From an uncultured Spirochaetota bacterium (GTDB lineage: Bacteria > Spirochaetota > Spirochaetia > SZUA-6 > Fen-1364), in the NCBI GenBank assembly GCA_963734545.1, contig CAVTHO010000008.1:64001-128000 (forward strand): a DNA stretch of 64,000 nucleotides, written 5' to 3'. This document shows, in pieces, positions 61,723-64,000 of the stretch. Both the position numbers and the translations under genes were made by a program. A model generated the notes under the pieces. That model was not told where the DNA came from and did not search any database. It saw nothing but the letters and a program-made list of their open reading frames with translations. Numbering within the stretch: the first letter of the stretch is position 1; every line of letters begins with the position of its first letter.

Positions 61723-62610
61723 TCATGAAATCCGGCGCTTCTTTGTGGTGCGCCGGGCACGTTCCCCGGGTCTCTGGGTGCGCGTCGAGGAGCGCCGGAT
61801 GATTCGCGCGGCAAGATCCGCGTTTGCCACAATAATGTCCTCGCTGCCATCCCGAAGCCGCGTGCTCACGAGCTGGACCGCCTGGACCTCACCACTGATC
61901 CCGTCGAAGGAGATTCGATCCCCCGGCTTGATCTGGTCCCGGAGGAATCGGCCTGCCACGATGCTGGAAACCGTGCGCGGGGAGCCGAGCAGCACCGCCA
62001 CCCCCGCCACGACGGGAGCTGCAATGGCAATCGCCGCCAGGGTCCCCGTGACGCCCTCGGGGATGAACCCCACGAAGCGCAGAGCGCCGAGAAGGGCGAT
62101 GCCGATGATCGCGTAGGATGCCAGCCGGCCTAGAACGGCCGCGAAAGGCACGTTCGCGATCAACGAGGATGCCTGGACGATTCTGCCCATGAAGTGGCCA
62201 AGAAAGACGCCGAGACTCAGGATCACGAGAATGGCGAGGAACTTGGGCAGCAGGCCCAGAACCTGCTCGATCAGCTTCGTGCCGGCTGGTATTTCCAGCA
62301 CGTCGAACATGAGAAAGAGCGCGGAGAAGATGATGACCCAGTAGGCCAGAAGCCCCAGCGCCCTGGACGGCCGGCGGTTGACGCCGCCCTTTTCCAGGAG
62401 CCGGGTGAAGCCCGTCTTATCCGACAACACGTCCACCCCGGCCGCGCGGAGCAGGCGCGCCGTGACCTCCCGCGCAAGCACGGCGAGCGGGAAGCCCAGA
62501 AGCAGAACCAGAGCGGCGATCCCGACGTGCGGGAGAAACCGCAGCGCGAGCTTTGCCGCATCCGTGATCGGGACCAGGACCAGTTCCTGTGCCATTCGTG
62601 GTAGGTCCAT
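61723..62610 (-). CDS. Small-conductance mechanosensitive channel family protein
   Basis: TM-helix repeats plus SSIVAG..IKPGDRI..GEV..L.STRL. Confidence 0.8.
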   Translation of the reverse strand: MDLPRMAQELVLVPITDAAKLALRFLPHVGIAALVLLLGFPLAVLAREVTARLLRAAGVDVLSDKTGFTRLLEKGGVNRRPSRALGLLAYWVIIFSALFLMFDVLEIPAGTKLIEQVLGLLPKFLAILVILSLGVFLGHFMGRIVQASSLIANVPFAAVLGRLASYAIIGIALLGALRFVGFIPEGVTGTLAAIAIAAPVVAGVAVLLGSPRTVSSIVAGRFLRDQIKPGDRISFDGISGEVQAVQLVSTRLRDGSEDIIVANADLAARIIRRSSTRTQRPGERARRTTKKRRIS

Positions 62611-62624
62611 CGCGATTCCTCCTC

Positions 62625-64000
62625 TCAGGACGGCGAACCCTGTTCGCCGTTATTGTCGTCATCGTCCTCTTTCAGGAGCCGTCTGAGGCGGCCGCGGATG
62701 CGCGAGGTTCGCGAGCCGATCCGGTCCGCCAGCGCACCGATTCTTTGTTCAGATAACCGCGCGAGGTCTTCGGTCTTGCGGTCGACGGACGTGAGCAGGC
62801 CCCTTCCCCGCTGGATTTCGAGCATGATGAAGTCCGCGCTGCTCGCGATGCCGGTCTGGGGGTTGAGGTCGTTCTTCAGCTGCATGATCACGGCCATCGG
62901 CGCCGCGGCCGACGGCTCGCGGATCCTCACGGCGAGCAGGACCGACGCGAGCTGGATCGCCGAGGAACCGAGGAAGAGGATGTGCAGGCTCGTGACACGG
63001 TACGAGAGCACGGTGAAGCTGATGTCCTGGAGGGCGTGCACGGCAATCCCGCCGGCCACGGGAGCCGCGGCGCCGACAAGCCCCGTGATCGCCGAAAACA
63101 TGGCGATATACATCGAGCGGCCCTTGCGGGGAGACAGCGCGATCAGGATGTTGAACTGGGAAAGCGCGGCTCCGGCCATGGCGGCCCCGGAAACGAGATT
63201 GGCAAGGAGCACCGGGAGGAAGAAGGACTGCGGCCGCGCAAGGATCCACAGCACGGGAACGAGGACGAGGATCCAACCCGAGACGATAATGACGGGCTTG
63301 TTGCCGAGGGCGTCCGAGATCGGCCCCCAGGTCCGCATCATGAGAAGCGTCGCGATCGTCGCGCACGTGCCGAAGAGCGTGATGGTGCCGAAGTCCGCGC
63401 GCAGCGTGTCGATGAGGAACACGTTGTAGAAAGGCCCGGCCATCTGCACCCCCGCGCTCCAGACCGACCCGAAGACGATGAGGGCGCGGAAGTTTCCGTC
63501 ACGCAGCGGCTGGAGCAGAAGTGAAGATTTCAGCCGAACCGAGCTCGCGGGAGGAGGCGTGCCGGTTTCCGGGATCCGTGAGAGAAACCATACAGACGTC
63601 ACGCCGCAGAGCAGGCCCGCCGAGAAGAGCAGCATGAAGGCCAACGCAACGGGGACATGGAACCGGTCCGCAATGTCGAGGAACTTTCCTCCCAGGAGAA
63701 GGGCCACCATTCCCGCGAAAGAGGCGATCATGTTCCGCCTTCCGAAGAAGGTGCCCCGCTGTTTCCGCGGTACCAGGTCGCCCATCCACGCTGTCCACCC
63801 GACCGTTCCGAGGGCGCCGAAGAGACTGGAGAGCCCGATGACGGCGATCAGCGGCCATGCCGCGCCGCCGGCCCCTTTGGGCACGAACGCGAGCGGCAGG
63901 AGAATGACACCCACCCACGTCAAGCGGCCCGTCAAGACCCCGACAATGCAGGCCGGCTTCTTTTTTCCGGTCTTCTCTATCAGGAGGGAACCGGCAACCT
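62625..64000 (-). CDS. MFS transporter (5' end outside window)
   Basis: WMGDLVP..RGTFFG, WGPISDALGNK, many TM helices. Confidence 0.85.
   Translation of the reverse strand, partial: VAGSLLIEKTGKKKPACIVGVLTGRLTWVGVILLPLAFVPKGAGGAAWPLIAVIGLSSLFGALGTVGWTAWMGDLVPRKQRGTFFGRRNMIASFAGMVALLLGGKFLDIADRFHVPVALAFMLLFSAGLLCGVTSVWFLSRIPETGTPPPASSVRLKSSLLLQPLRDGNFRALIVFGSVWSAGVQMAGPFYNVFLIDTLRADFGTITLFGTCATIATLLMMRTWGPISDALGNKPVIIVSGWILVLVPVLWILARPQSFFLPVLLANLVSGAAMAGAALSQFNILIALSPRKGRSMYIAMFSAITGLVGAAAPVAGGIAVHALQDISFTVLSYRVTSLHILFLGSSAIQLASVLLAVRIREPSAAAPMAVIMQLKNDLNPQTGIASSADFIMLEIQRGRGLLTSVDRKTEDLARLSEQRIGALADRIGSRTSRIRGRLRRLLKEDDDDNNGEQGSPS

Overview
High-GC bacterial window, most likely a Spirochaetota genome. 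Evidence for this is a groEL with no adjacent groES, a cyclophilin-FKBP fusion, a FlgD-like/OmpA lipoprotein and spirochete-type hypothetical proteins. The first ~24 kb is mostly housekeeping: apbE (partial), groEL, birA, zwf-opcA-pgl, trpB2 with a Trp-rich attenuator leader, PPIase, a PHP-ACT fusion, pdhABC-lpdA, OmpA and a two-component pair. It carries many single-base frameshifts that look like assembly errors. From ~25.8 kb to the end is a frameshift-poor, stress-themed accessory region. It holds a glucosylglycerate-type solute gene set (gpgS, two GT4s, GH13_18 phosphorylase, HAD), two ClC paralogs, a P3A H+-ATPase, two HPF/RaiA copies, a baeRF/Balon-like factor, MscS-type proteins, several gene relics and a TetR-controlled Lol-like ABC system. 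It also holds an uncharacterised cluster of an asnB-like enzyme, an ATP-grasp ligase, a B12-dependent mutase-like protein and an opine dehydrogenase. The top leads are that cluster, a covarying ANGGA-hairpin repeat after lpdA (CsrA-sponge-like) and the trpB2 attenuator. All calls are by-eye motif recognition; no database searches were run.
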